From assembly GCF_009914755.1 (NCBI RefSeq), contig NC_060927.1: 64,000 bases of DNA. One strand, given 5' to 3'. The translations under genes were made by a program, and so were the position numbers. Source of the stretch: the human T2T-CHM13v2.0 reference genome, Homo sapiens. Positions 41,309 to 55,300 of the stretch are shown here, piece after piece; position 1 is the stretch's first letter; each line of letters begins with the position of its first letter. Below the pieces are notes generated by a model that did no database searches, had not been told where the DNA came from, and saw nothing but the letters and a program-made list of their open reading frames with translations.

Positions 41309-41498
41309 TTTAATTATTCCTTCATATTCAAACTTCACAAACAGTGTGAACTTGTACAATACCTCGGAAAGTGAAACTTACAAAAAAAGTGCTGGTAACA
41401 TTTAAAAAAAAAACAACAAAAACCCCAAAAAAACAAACATCATTCTTAGCAACATCAATTACTCTTCCACACAAAACAGAAACCTTGTAAAATTTATT
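41309..41498 (-). terminator. ZBTB20: Candidate terminal poly(A) signals of the minus-strand gene (ATTAAA 41309-41314; AATAAA 41493-41498)
   Basis: Plus strand TTTAAT and TTTATT; the AATAAA is followed on the minus strand by GU/U-rich sequence (GTTTCTGTTTTGTGTG). Confidence 0.55.
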
Positions 41499-42357
41499 TT
41501 CGTATTTTTAAGGCGTAATACTTCCGTATAAAGTATATGCAAGAGATAAAACTTCACAGTATTCCAAAATGTCACAATAATAATAATAATATAATAGTAT
41601 AATGAAGCGCTACAGTTAATTTTTCTTTTTTTGAATGTTTTTTTTCCTGTTTAAATAACAAATACAAGTCACAGGTAAATATACGTGAGAAAAATACGAG
41701 GCTAATATTAAATGGCAGGTAAGGATACTGTCACTGTAAGAAAAAACTGGCAGGATGTGTGTATTTAGTCTATATTTTAAAGCACTTGATAGAAAAGGCG
41801 TATGCAAGGTTTTTCCAAACAATTTTTCTGTTTGTTTGTTTGATAACTGACAACAATTTAAGAGTATAATGAGAAAAAAAAAGGAACAAACTCCCTCTCA
41901 AAACTATTGACCTGCTCATCCCAAACCATGTATATGTTGATGGATGGATGTGTGTTTTTGTGGATATATGGATTTATACCGTGCACAGAGTGATACAAGC
42001 AGTGTTCCATGCCCACCTGCAAAGATTGGAGGGTATAACACTGTAGTCATTCAGCCCAGGTTCCTCTTAGGAAATTAACCTTTCAATTTAAAGCTCTCTT
42101 TCCTTGCCTCTCCCTCTTTCCAAACTCTTCCTCAATTCCCAGGTCTTTGTTCTGAAAAGACAATCTGGTTAGAAAAGTTGCCCTCCACTCATAATTCACT
42201 GGGAAATGGAAACTGCATAAACAGTGACACACAGACACTGGAAACACCACTTGAATGAATGAATGAATGGATATGTATGTGTGTGTGCATGTGTGTATGT
42301 TTTAGGTCACATAAACATACAGTGTGTGCGTGGGTGTGTGTATTTTAGGTCTAAACA

Positions 42358-42363
<6 letters not shown>

Positions 42364-42407
<44 letters not shown>
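42364..42407. repeat. (GT)n microsatellite
   Basis: Direct read. Confidence 0.95.
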
Positions 42408-42409
<2 letters not shown>

Positions 42410-43200
42410 ACAGTAGCAATTGCAAAAAAGGGACCATATTCCTTTCCATACTAAGATACAATGTGATAAGAAACATTTCTGTGCAGGGAAAAAGGTTTCT
42501 TCGAATCTTATCACAACACTGCGGCGGGAAAAATCAGGAAATGGGTTCACCTTTCAGCAGTCACCACAGTAAACTTCATTGAGAACATACATGCCCAGAT
42601 ATCTCTTCTGTGCACATGTATATGTTAACAGCTAGCCATTCAGCCAACAGGTAACAGAAAGACAGCAGATAGCAAACACATCAATAAGGTGCTCAAAGAA
42701 AAAAGTGGCACCCACTTCTCAAATGGATGGCCACGTTAAGGTGCTTCAAAAAAGGTTTTTTGTTTTTTTGTTTTTTTTTTCAGTTTTTATTTCAAACATT
42801 AAGAGAGTACTGATTTTCACATGGTAGTTCTGAGTCAGGCCAAAGGTTTTGAGGTTTCTGACATCTTTCACTGAAAAGGGCTTTCACTGTAGTAGTTTTG
42901 TTCAGTTTGTTGTGGGTGACGAGTTTAAAAATGTTTTTCATAGCCAGAAACTGAAATCAAATCAACATGACTAAAAGAAATAACTGATGAAATGGTATAT
43001 AGAACATTACTGCATTCGCATCGGATCAAGATGGTTTCGCCCATTTTTCCTTTTTCACTAACACTGTTCCTTTTTTTCCTTGTTACAATCCATTCTTTAT
43101 GAACATACAGAAATGACCAAAGTCACTGCAAGTAGCTGTTTTTATTTTTTGTGATCTGTTGCAAGAGTCCAACCTTGTTTCCTCTGCTGCTGTTTGTGTA

Positions 43201-43261
43201 GCATCTGGTTTTGTAATGAGCATCTGGATTTGTAATGAGCATCTGATTTTGTTATGTGCAT
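43201..43261. repeat. 19-bp tandem repeat, about 3.2 copies (GCATCTGGWTTTGTAATGA)
   Basis: Direct read. Confidence 0.88.
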
Positions 43262-43276
43262 GTGTGTATATATGCA

Positions 43277-43371
43277 CATATACACACCTATACATGTATA
43301 ATATATACACTATATATATGTGGATACATATAGGAAGTGTGTATACATTTATACATAATATAGTGTATATC
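43277..43371 (-). ncRNA. MIR568: MIR568 precursor hairpin (annotated mature arm 43337-43356)
   Basis: Reverse complement is GAUAUACACUAUAUUAUGUAUAAAUGUAUACACACUUCC...GUGUGUAUAUG (95 nt), matching hsa-mir-568 as I recall it; mature AUGUAUAAAUGUAUACACAC. Confidence 0.85.
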
Positions 43372-46300
43372 GTTTCAACTGGAGATAAACTGAACTGGGT
43401 TCAGACACTAGCACATGCTTAACTTTCCCCTGCTCCCTCTGTATATTTTAAACAGTCTGGAGCTTTAATTTATTTTTTAAAGTGCATTTTCAATGCAGAA
43501 AAACTGTAATCCACTGATTCCTTGGAAAACATTTTTGATGAGAAAAATCTGACAGTTCTCAGCCCCAAGCAAGAGAAACCTGGGTTTGGTCATGCTGGGG
43601 GCTGACGTGGCAGTGCCAGGCTCGTGCCTGAGTGATTAATGGACATTCTGGACTCCGGGCACCTTAGCAGCAGCAGCAGCACCTTTATGAGAAGGTAGAG
43701 ATAGAAAAGGAAGAAGGAAGGAAAGCTCAGATGAGGAAGAATGAAGTATTGTGTTTACGTATCAAAATTGCTAACTTTGACTATAATGGACTTGTGCAGT
43801 TCCTGTTGGCCTCGGCTAAGAGATGCCATCTAGTCCCTTCTCCACCAACTGACACCAAACTCCCCATGGCCCCTGCATGCTCAAACATCACCCATATGTC
43901 CCCACGCCTAAGGCTGACTTCTGTGTCAGCTTCTTGTGGGTATGTGAGTGCCAGCATCAAGTAGGAATAAGGCACCAGAGAAATCAAAATGTTACAAAAA
44001 GATGCAAACCCCATTTCAAAGAGCCTCTCCCATTGCTCCATTAAAATATTGCATGTGATACCATTCGTTTGTGTGTACCTAAAGTGTGTCAAATACAGTC
44101 TCTGAAAGGAACTCGAGGCCCTTCAGCACCAGAGATCTTCAGGAATGCATCTTTTTTCTAAACACACCCACACCACCCCCAACCCCCCATGCCCACCCCA
44201 CACCAAAAGCAAAAGCACCAAATTGGGAGAACAAGGCTGCTTGCCATTGCTCACCTCATTTTTGAAAAAATCAGAGAAGTCTATGAAATACAATGTTCAG
44301 GAAATGCTCTGAAATCAAACGGATTTAGGCTGTCATGTACATGGTTACTCAATGCTTTAAATGTCCAAAGAGTGTCATGAAGGGGTTGAAATGTTTGTGT
44401 TCAATGTTTAGGGGGAATGTGTTAAACAAAAGTTACTTCTCAAACGATGCCCAAATCTTCCACTAACACATCAACCTCCCCTATCACTTTTTAAAAAAAT
44501 TGTAAAGAGGAAGAGGTTCATCTAACTATAAAAGGAAAAGATGAAGGCACGTGATATTATTCGGTCCCACAATCCTTAAGAAAAACGGTATTTTGCAAGT
44601 TTGTGTGTGTGTGTGCTCGCATACATGAAACGCGAGTCCAAGGGGCCATTGGGGCAGTAGTCCAAGGGAAGCTGGAAAAGGGGAACAAGAGAGAGTTTTT
44701 AGACAGAAGAAAGGAAAAAGGAAGAAATAGAGGCCTCTCTTCAGCTTTCTGTCATTGACAGTCTCAAGATTCGGCTGCTTTAGAGTCCAGAAAGGAATTT
44801 GTTTGTCTTGGTCTGGAAAGTGCCCCAGTTAAATATCTCCAGTTCATCATGGTACAGCTTTTGGTGTTTCCCTTTTCCCTTCCCTCCAGCCAAATGATTT
44901 TTTAAAAAAATCACAGTTTTTAAAAATTATTTTTTCAATGTTGAAAAAATATGGAAAAGCTATTGAACAGCCTTAGGGCACTGCCTCTCCATCTTCACAG
45001 TGAGCAGATGGATGGATAATCCACAGAGTCAAAGAGGAGGTGGGCAAGATCCCTTGTGCTCAGTGGTCTCTTGCCCCACCTTCCTGAGGGCTGGGGGGCC
45101 TTCACACCACCCACAGCCATTTCCCTCCTTTGGGTCCCTGCCCCCCTGCTCCCATCCATGGAATGTGGGCTGCTGAGAAAGGCAGAGCCAGGCTAGGGAA
45201 CGATGATAACAGTAACAGGAGGGTCTCAGAAGCAGAGGGTGAAGGAGACAGGAGGCGTGCTCTCCTCAGGCAGTGTTAGCAGTGTGCTCTCTTGGCAGCC
45301 TCATCTCAGGATGGGAAAGTGTGTTTGCCCACTGAGAGGGTGAAGTCCCACTCACATTTTACTTCGTGAGACCTCAACTCTCAGGCTCACCACCTTTATG
45401 CCTCTCTTTGCATCAGGTTGGCCCCCAGTCCCTAAGAAGGCAATGATTTGAGATAGAGAGGCAGAGCCCGGCTGTGTCATACAAAAAAGGGCAACGCACA
45501 GCAGGATTTCAGAAACAAATTTAACTTTGGTTTTCCAACTTTTTCAAACCATAAAAATTAAAGCAGGGCTTCGGTGGCTTTGATAATCTGACAGCTGTTA
45601 TATTTTTCTCATTTGGCAAGGCTAAGGCAGGGGGTAGGGGGAAGAGAAAAGGGGTTTCCCATAATTGGTTGAAGACACAGGGTGGTAAAATGCTTCCACA
45701 CTTAAACTCACAGTCCAGTGTTTTTGACATTTCATAAATAGCTTTTTTTCTCTAAAAAAAGAATAAAACAAGAACAATCCCTTTACTTACTCATCTGAAA
45801 CAAAATAAACAGCAGTGGGTACAAACTTCTTCTTGTAACAATTACAAAAAACAACAATATAATCCCAACTTTTAACACGCATCTTGAATCAGTAATTTTT
45901 TTTTAACCTCAAAACTGCAGCATATCCTTAAGGGCAAACTTTTCGATTAGTTTTTTTCTTTTTTTTTTTTTAAATAATGTCTTCACCAAAAAAACAGTCT
46001 TGTACCAATAAAATGCATTCAAAAATAGAAAATATTACACAACAAAAATATGTATCCTTCCTTTCCAAAAAAGATTCTTCACAAAAAAATGTAGAAAAAA
46101 TTCCAACAATTTTTTTCCTCTCCTAAACATTAACCTTCAGTCTAGGGCACAATTATTTATTGATTTAAATGTCTGTTTTTGCATAAAACATGGAAGATGC
46201 AAAACATTTACTGTATTAGGATTGTGAAGTTACAGCCACTCCCACCCCTGCTCTAAAACAAAACAAAACCAGAAAAAAACCAGCAAACATTAAACAAATG

Positions 46301-49300
46301 ATAGAGTCAGTTGGCTAGGAAAAATACCGCTGTTCTTCCCTTTACTGTGCATTTGTATGGGTAAACGGGCCAGTTTGGTATTGGGGAATGTTGACGAAGG
46401 GAGATCAGGTTTCAAGATTGGATTCAAGAGCTTCTTTAGCATATGCTGATACCAATGAGTCACTGACAGTCCCCAGGTTGTACAACTATCCATTGCAAAT
46501 CCTCATGAGAAGAGAAACACATGAGGTAGCACATGGGAAGTCAGAGGACTGAAGCGTGTCCATGTGTGTACTGTACACATACATCTTGAAAAACCACTTT
46601 CTCAAGCATATACATATATATATATATAAGCATATACATATATATATACACACACACACACAAATTTGTTACATAGCCAATTTGTTTTTAAATATTTTTT
46701 CTCAAAAGGGAGCTCAAGCATAAGTTAAAAGGTGATGTGGAAATCCAGTGGTATGAGGAAGGCTGGGGTTATTTCCTCCATACTTTCTTCCACATTTAAC
46801 CTGTTTGGGCATTAATTGCAATAATGACAAGATCTCTGCTCTCAGAGGAATGCTCTGTTTTCTCCATCCCCATTGAACTACCAGGTTCCTTTTATATTTT
46901 CAGCATTGTAGTTTAAACTATGTATTTTTCTTACTTGATGATATTAATCTTTCATGTGGGATGTAGTTTGTATGTGTATTCAGTACAAATATATTTTTTT
47001 CATAGCTGTTTTCCCCTGTTGCTTATTTGCTGTTTTTTTCCCTCATGGTTTTGCTTTGTTTTGTTTCTGATTTTTTAAACAGTGAAATATGTCCAATTTT
47101 ATTTCCAGTGCATTAAACAAATTTTAAATTAAAAGAAGAAATAAACGTTTCCCCCCATCTTTCTAAAGGAAATGACTAACAAAAGTACAATACAATAGAA
47201 TCAGGCATTGCCAAGAATAGCATGATGTGCAACCTCAATTACATCAAAGAAAACAAATAGACAAACAAGAATTATAGAACATAAGTATGAAGGAGCCAAG
47301 ATTACATAATTCCAACTATGGTATGATTGGCAAGCACTGGTTAAAAAACAGGTAAGGCTACTCTTAGATTTCTAACTCAACATAGTTAACCACTGCTCTT
47401 CTGTCTTTTCCTTCAACTTTTAATCTTTTACTCCCTAGTTCTTTATATCTTTAAAATGAACAAATTTGTTTTTATATTTTTGGTCTACAGTAGAATTACA
47501 TATTAATAATATAATAAAAAGATATTTCATTAACAGGTTGGTACTGCATCCATGTGGGGACAATAGAAAAAAAGTACTCAAATAGACATAGCAAATGGAC
47601 TCTATTCTTATAAAAATAACCACAAATATAAAGAAATTATAATCAGGGCAACAGATTAAAATGAAAAGGGGTATAGAAAGATATATTTTAGATAATATAA
47701 ACTCCTGACAAGCTATGCCCTAGAATTGCAGCCTCCAAACCTTGCCCATGATTTCCACCTTTCCATAGCCTCACTTCAAGTTCAAATGGAAATGAAAACA
47801 AAATAAAGTGAACAGGTGGTTGAGCCAGCCAAAGCCTCCAAGTTATGTTAGGTGGACAGTAAGACCAGGTGGACAGCATTTGAGAAACTGGCTGGACACA
47901 GGGGAGCTGCTACTGGTATTTATATTTAATTTGGAGGAATTTCCAGCCCACTGATAAAGAGAGAAACCAAGGAACCAAATGACTTTTCTAGTAACATATA
48001 ATATATGAGATGAAATATAATTCTGTTAGAGAGGACATGGTGGTGAGATGGGAAAGAAAAGAGAAGAGAAACAGGCAGACTTCGGGCACCATCTCCCTTT
48101 GTTTTCTACAATGCATTGGTTTCCTTCTGTTGCGGAGCATTCTTTAGGATTAGCTACAGACCCCAATGTCCTCTGAGTAAATATATGTCAGCTCAGCTCC
48201 TGACATGATATCCATGCTTATTGGCCTCCTGGAGGGCTGGGTGGTTCTGGAGGGTCCCTCCCCTGCTATCACTGCCCACTGGCCCTTGCCTTCAATAAAG
48301 CAGAGAAGGTGTGCAAAGTTTCAATGGCAGGGGCTCTTTACGTTAACTATACCTAACTGATGACTAATTCACACAGATGGTTCCATATGGAAACAAAAAA
48401 TAAAGAGAAAGAACTGGTAAGAGTTGAGCTCGGTAGCCAACTAGTGTGAAGTTTTCTTCCAGGAAAAAAAGAAGGAGAAAAAGAAATGGTATCTGTCAGA
48501 AAATACTGCTTTTGGTTTCTTTTAACTTTGAGCTGTCCTTGGTTTTTCTCTCAGTCAGTTGCTCCAGTTTAAAGGAGAGTTTAGAATCTAGTGCAAATAT
48601 CATCAAATCACAGCATTCCAGAGCAATATCCTGTCCCTTCATCCTAAGTGGATACTGTCCCTTCAAACCTCCTCAGAAGACTGGAGGCAATGGTACAGAA
48701 AAGCGTAACTGAATAAATTATTAATCTAGTACTCACTACGACAAGAAAGGCACTATCACAACAGATCAGCCTCCAAGCATTTTCCTTGCCATGGGCATGG
48801 GCGTTTCAACCACTCCAGAAATCACAACAAAATCCAGACTGTGGCTTTTTCAACACTTGAATTCATTGGCCAGTTGTCTGACTCTCCCACCGGTCACTGC
48901 TGTTGGCTCTGGCCATACAGAACCCTGATCTGCACTGTGTACATGCTGCCCTATGTTTCACCAGTGACCTTTGTTTGGTTCTAAATGATTTAGCTCACTC
49001 TCTTCCATGGAAGTTTCTTTCTCTCCATCAGTCTCCAGGTCATGACTCTATTAAAGATCATTTACAGTGTCAAGTAGTGTTGTTTATTTTTTTCTATTTT
49101 TTAAACCTCTGATCAAATCCAAAGTCATAAAGATAGTTCAGTACGTCCTCTGATGACAAGGTCTCCTGTAAATACCATTGTGAACAGAAGGAAAACCATA
49201 GTGTAATCCCTTGACCACCAAAGCATATCCCTTGAGCCTGTTGTAGTACTTTTTTCTGGGAGAGAGGAAATTGCGATCTGAAGATTAAAATCTTTGGTGA

Positions 49301-52300
49301 CAGAACTGGAGTGGATATGCAAATTTCAAGGAAGAAGTTTTCCAAAGCCTCAAGAGAAGTATCCTAGGACAGTTAATGTGAATATATTTTAAAAAGTCAA
49401 TCATTTCTTTCTATAGCTTTGGTTTGGTGCAGTCAATGTCCTCTTAGTGATTACCCAATACTTATTTCTAAGTACCTGTTAAAAGCTCTGGATTTAGTTT
49501 CTTACTTAAAACAGAGATAATGCTTTGAGTGCTTAAGGAATTTCTTATGCTAGTTTGGATGGCTCTAAATGGAGTTTTTCTGACTAACAAGGCTGACAAC
49601 TTTCTGAACAATATTTAAACTTGGAATAGTAGACTTGGACGGATAGTAAAGAAGAGAGAGAAAAAGACAGGTTATCAATGTTGTAATCTTAGGGAAGGGG
49701 CCTCAATTGAGAGTTTTCCAAATTGATGCCCCATATGTGACAGTGTTCAGAGAAATTCAACATTAGCCATTTATATGGGTTGTGATCCTTTCCTACTGTG
49801 CCAGAACCTTCAAAACTGTCACTTTGAGTTCCAGAAGAGTCCTTCAGCATCTTTACTCTTGTGTTATTATTTCCCACACAATCTATTGCTTATCCTGTGA
49901 TGAAAGATTCTTTTATTAACAGTTACTAAAGAGCTGTCAAACTCTGATTACTTCTAAGATTAAAAAAGATAATAAAAATAAATTTAACAAAGAAAAGTTA
50001 GGAAAAAACCAATTTCAAAACTAAACTTTTAGGCACTATTAAGGTCTTCTGCTTAGTAAGGATAGTCTATGATGGAGCAGCTAGTATGTTCTAATCCATC
50101 CTCCAATGTCCAAGTTGGCCTAGCTTGTTTCAAAATAAACCTTTCACTTCACTGGTTTTCAGTGTTTATTGCACTGTTCCCTATCTGTCATCTTAAAGGA
50201 CTTTACCACATGCATAGCCTTCCTCTTTGGTTAGCCTGATCTAGGTTTCACCCAGGGATGGAGAAGCATAATCAGGCTGAAAAGTAATTCCAATATGGAC
50301 AAGGCTATGTGTTTTTGAAAGGAGCACATCCTACTGCCCTCTGCCACACTAAAATGTGCACAAGCAAGGGGCTTTGTGGAGGAGGCCAAGGCAAAGACTT
50401 CTACATCATATCAATTGGCTTCTTCACTGTTAAAACTCTTACTGAGAGCTCAGTCAGAAACAAGATTGGGTAAACTTTTTCTTAAATGTTCTTAATTGCT
50501 GTACTAACTCAGCTTCTTTACAGTAAGAAAACAGATCCTATCAGCATGGTGGTTCCTAGGCCTGATCAAGAGTTGACAGAGATTCCACAGATTCTCGCCA
50601 ACCCTGCTAAGATCAAGCATGATGAAAATAACTCTGCATTTTAGTGATGCTCCTACTTCCATAATTTGCCTTTTTCTTTCCCATACGTAACACACTCTCT
50701 CCCAGCACAAGTAAGTACATTTCAGTAGTGCAATGCAGTGCAGTCATATTTAGTGCAAAAAAAAGCCCTATTATAACCCAAAGCTCAACTCTAAACAGCT
50801 CTTACAAAGGTTACCAGTGCTACGAAGGTGGGAAATTCAGTCTATCTCACACTTATGTGAGTCATCTCTTTTGTTGCTCCTGTTTGTTTCAGCTCAAAGT
50901 AGAGAAACTAGCATGCACCTATGTATTTTCTGTAAAACATTAAGCCAATAGGCAGAAAATAAAAGGAAGTAGTCTAGTTAAAATCAAGGGTATTATTTAG
51001 AAGAGGAAAACAGCTATTTAATGTAAAGGTCAGTAGTGGTTTTTACTTAATAGTTTTCATCATGTCAGATGGCTCTAATGCTAAGGGGAATGGGTTCAGA
51101 AAAAGATAAAGCTTTCCTGTTTCTTGAAACACGGTCCTAAATTTAACAGTGCTGGGCTTTTATTTTTGAATAGTGCAATCAGCTATTCCTCAAGGGCTAC
51201 AGGCAGCAGCCACCTAACATAACATAAATAGGTACACTAGGAGCACTCACTTTTCTACATTGATCACTTTTTCCCTCACCTCATTAGTCTCCTATTCTTT
51301 TTTTTTTCTGACTACACATAAATACAGATATACATACACATACACAGAAATTCTCAAGGCCCCTCTCAGAATGATCAATTGAAAATTGGTACAAATAGCT
51401 CAGTGACACACTCACACAGAAGTACAATTATTAAATACAAAAGTGAATTATTACAGCAAAATTAAGAGTCTGCATTGTACCTCTTCTTGTGTTATTCCAT
51501 AAGAAGAAAAAACATTCATAGTAGGATTTCTTAAGGAGCTTACTTCTTTCTAAAGATTAGTCTAGAATTAGTTTGGGATGTGGCAATATTGAGTGATTCT
51601 GGAAAAATGATTTGTATTTGATCATCCTCAGGAATCCGTTTCTTCAGTTTGTCTGGGTCTTCACCCTCCAAAGGTAAGTCTGCTTGTCTGCTCATACCCA
51701 CACATGCATGCTGTAAGTCTCAAGAGAAGCAAAGTGTAGTTTAAAATAGATTGTGGGAAAGGAATTAAGCATAGTGGGGTCAGCACACTCAAATTACCTT
51801 AAAATATCAAGTTACCATAGATTTTCTCTATCATATCAGCTTCTCACCTTTGTTTGCCATGATGAAGATTACTAAGACACCCTGCTTTCATCTACTCTGA
51901 AAACCATAATTCTTTCAACAATAGTGTAGGAACAATTTTAATTAGATATATGCAAATTACCCTTAATTTATATCTCAATAGGCTCCTCAGGAAAACTGAG
52001 GTTCAAATCAACGGGCCTAAAGAAGAAGTTTAGCAGCTGAAAATACCTTTGAGAATTTTCTCCTGTAAATCTACAGCTGGTTCCAAATTAAAGTTTGTCC
52101 CAAGGAGAGCAAGAGCAGAGTAACTAGCCTTTGTTTTCAAAGATTCCCCTAGTTGTGAACATGCATAAAGCACTTTGAACTACAGGAAAATCTTATCTCA
52201 AATTTGAACTATTATTTTATTTTCAGTGATCTCTCTGTACACTCCTCTCGGGCCCGGATAGCACATTAGGTATAGAAGTCAGGAGTTTCTACAATTTCTC

Positions 52301-55300
52301 TAGAAGTGTTTGGCAGCATGAAGAGAAATCTTTAATCACAAAGAAGTATAGTTAACTTACTAATTCTTTGAATTGTAATAATGAGAGATAGGCAAGAACA
52401 ACAAGGGGTGAGTAGTGCTAACTTTCTCCGGTAACCTTGACAACTGGCTTTAGGAATCCAGACCTGTATCAAATTTGGTCCCATCACATTGTCCTGTTCC
52501 CTCTCTTTGTTTTTCTCTGTTCACTTAATTGAAATTGCAATTATTTTAAAGATTGAGCCAAGAATGTCAATTATAGCACAAAAGAAAGGTTACAAAAACG
52601 TTGTCAGGCTATCTGTTAATCGAGTTGAGTTGAAAACAGTATGCTTTCAAATGAAGTACTACAATTTCCTTTTTTAAAAAAATAGTTTCTAATTTGTTTT
52701 TTCCTTCTTTTGTGGTGGAGGGGTATAGATGGGTGAAGTACTGGCAATGCAGTGCCAATCTCCCTCTGTTACTGTTCCCTCTAGTGCCTGGGGTTGGGGC
52801 AGGTGCAGGGGTGTGGGGAAGGAGAGAGAAGCAATGGGGAAACAGGTGTTTCTCTACTTAAGACTTCATGAACACATACAGTCTTGAAATGGCTAGAAAA
52901 GCAACAACTACAATGATAAAAATCAACAGATCAATTGATTTTGGCATTTCGGCAGCACCCCTTCCTTTTCTTTCCTGGGTATCTTGCAGTAGATATTAAT
53001 TAGAAATACCCAAAGAATTTAATTAAACTAATTTATTCCCAGCCTTATTCCAAAAAGGATTTGAGGAGGCAATAAGGATTTGTAGTACAAAATGCATGGT
53101 CTTCATCTGCAATCAATAAAAAAATCTATTCTTTGGCCCCAGACCTGTTAGTTTAGGTAAATACGGTTTCTTTCTCAAGGAACAGGTTTTTGTTTTAACT
53201 GTTCTATCCTCAAAGTAAAGAGAGAATTTCTCTCTTAAAAGCTCATGAGTGCTATTTGAAATGGAAGATAAGATTTTTTGGAGGAAAAATTCCTTCATGG
53301 TAGGATGGAAGGCTTTTCTTTCTAAGGGGAAAATAATACAGTAAGGGTGAGCAGTTATTTGACTGTCCATGGACAGTAACAAATTAAGAAATAAAAATCC
53401 TTTACTATCTTGAGAAGAAAGAAAGGGAAACAAATAAATCAACAAAAAAACCTTACTAAAATACACATTCCTCCAGTTTCAGATTTCTAAAAAGTAATAA
53501 TTATGCTTAAATCAAGGTTTATAGATAGCAAACAACTGTTTGAATGTGTGAAAGTATTATCCCTTTGCTCTACCATGTTTCACTTTCTTTGAAGGAATTG
53601 CATCTATGCACACTTATCCTGAAGTCCAGTGCAGAAAATAAACTTGTTTGCTACCAGCCTCAATCTCAGAACATTTCCTAAGCTATATTTGTAAATTCTA
53701 GAGCTACATATCTGTAAAATAAGATGCAGACTTTCTGAAATGCATTGTATGTGTGTGTGTTGCAGAGGGAGAGGGGAGCAAAGCAAGCTTTTCCTGGAGA
53801 AAAGAAGAAAAAAAAATCTTCCTATCCTCACGAATATATACTATAGTGTTTCTGTCTATTATTTTGATGCATTAGTTACTGTTAGGGCTATTGATGCTCC
53901 TGACAGGTGTCAGCTTGGAAAGACAGGAGGCTCATAAGCAATAATAAATTCACACCCTGGAGTCTCTAGAATATCAAACAGGATTTAGACATTAATCTGA
54001 GACTAACACAGAGGTTGTGGTGAGAAATTCTGGGTCTTGGGGTTGGAATACTTCTTGGGGAACTAGAAAGAACAGCATCAAGAAGGCATCCCAGATTGAG
54101 GACCAAGTAAGATCTATCAGAACCAGAGCCTCTCCTCCTCCATATTATACTTTAAATGACAGCATTTTAGGATTTAAAAGAGTCTTTCTTCCTTTGGAAG
54201 CCAGTGCCTAAGGAGAGGATTACTTTAGATAAAGAGTACTTTAAGAAAAAAAAAATACCAGGAGTTAGAATGGACAAAGAAAAAGAAGGATATAGGATTG
54301 ATTGGGAGAACATTCCAAGTGAAGATCATAGTCCTAAGCAATGTAAATATTGCCTTTAAGAGATGTTGTTTTCCTACTAGATGCATGCCTCATAAAGGCT
54401 TTCAAAACTGCTATTTATTTCATTGTTCTCTATGGTGTGAGTTGATGTTATAAACTGGTTTGATTAAGATAAAAGCTGGGTCAAATCTCAAGTCAAATAA
54501 AAATACATTTCTGATATTAAATGTTGATTCTTTTTGTCAAAGGGTAAAGCAAGAACTGAAAGCATACCGCCTATGCACTCAAAACCACATAGTACTCTAA
54601 ATGTCACAGGACTTGTCTTCATTAAAGCTGAGAGGCGATGTGGTATCATGGCAAGAATATTGGACCAGAAGTCAGGAAAGACTGTGTTACGAAGTTGTTG
54701 TGAATGTGATATTATAAGCATCCTGAAAAGGATACACCCAGAATGGTATCAGTCAGTCTTTTGGGCAATGCTCTGGTGACCAGACAGTTGTAATCCACTG
54801 CAGGGAGATCTAGCATGACAACCAAATTATATGGGGCGTATTTAGGTGCTGGGGAGTGCACTGCATGGCTCTTTAGGTATCCATTTAGCTCTGTTATTAT
54901 TTTATTTAAGTATATATTAAGTTTATGTTTAGGCAATCTCTGGTTGCAAAAACAGACACTTTCAAAACTTTATGGATCTTTTCATCCATTAGTAAGTTAC
55001 TGCTCAAAGTTCTAAACAAATCAATGATTTTTTTTTCAAAAAGGCAATAAATAAAAAAACTCTTCCTAATTTTTCCTACAATGTGTTCAAGTGGATGTGG
55101 CTTTTCTTGTTTGAGAAGAGCTCACTAAGGCTTGAACAGTTATCAAAATTATTTTGAAATGTTACTCTTTTCTTTAGATTCCTATAATCTAAAGTCTGAT
55201 AAACAAGTAATTTGACTAGTGGAAACAGTCAACATTAATGATTCTTTTTTTCTCCGTCAAAAGTGATTTACTCATATCAAGAACCTGAACACTGTGGTAT

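Noticed and set aside
42263-43422. Cys/Val- or His/Thr-rich ORFs (also 30280-30602 and 32538-32777)
   Set aside because: Translations of (GT)n, (TA)n and (GGAT)n microsatellites
53025-53095. Possible 3' end of a very ancient non-LTR element (TTATTCCAAAAAGGATTTGAGG)
   Set aside because: Too short to assign from memory; needs a Dfam nhmmer search
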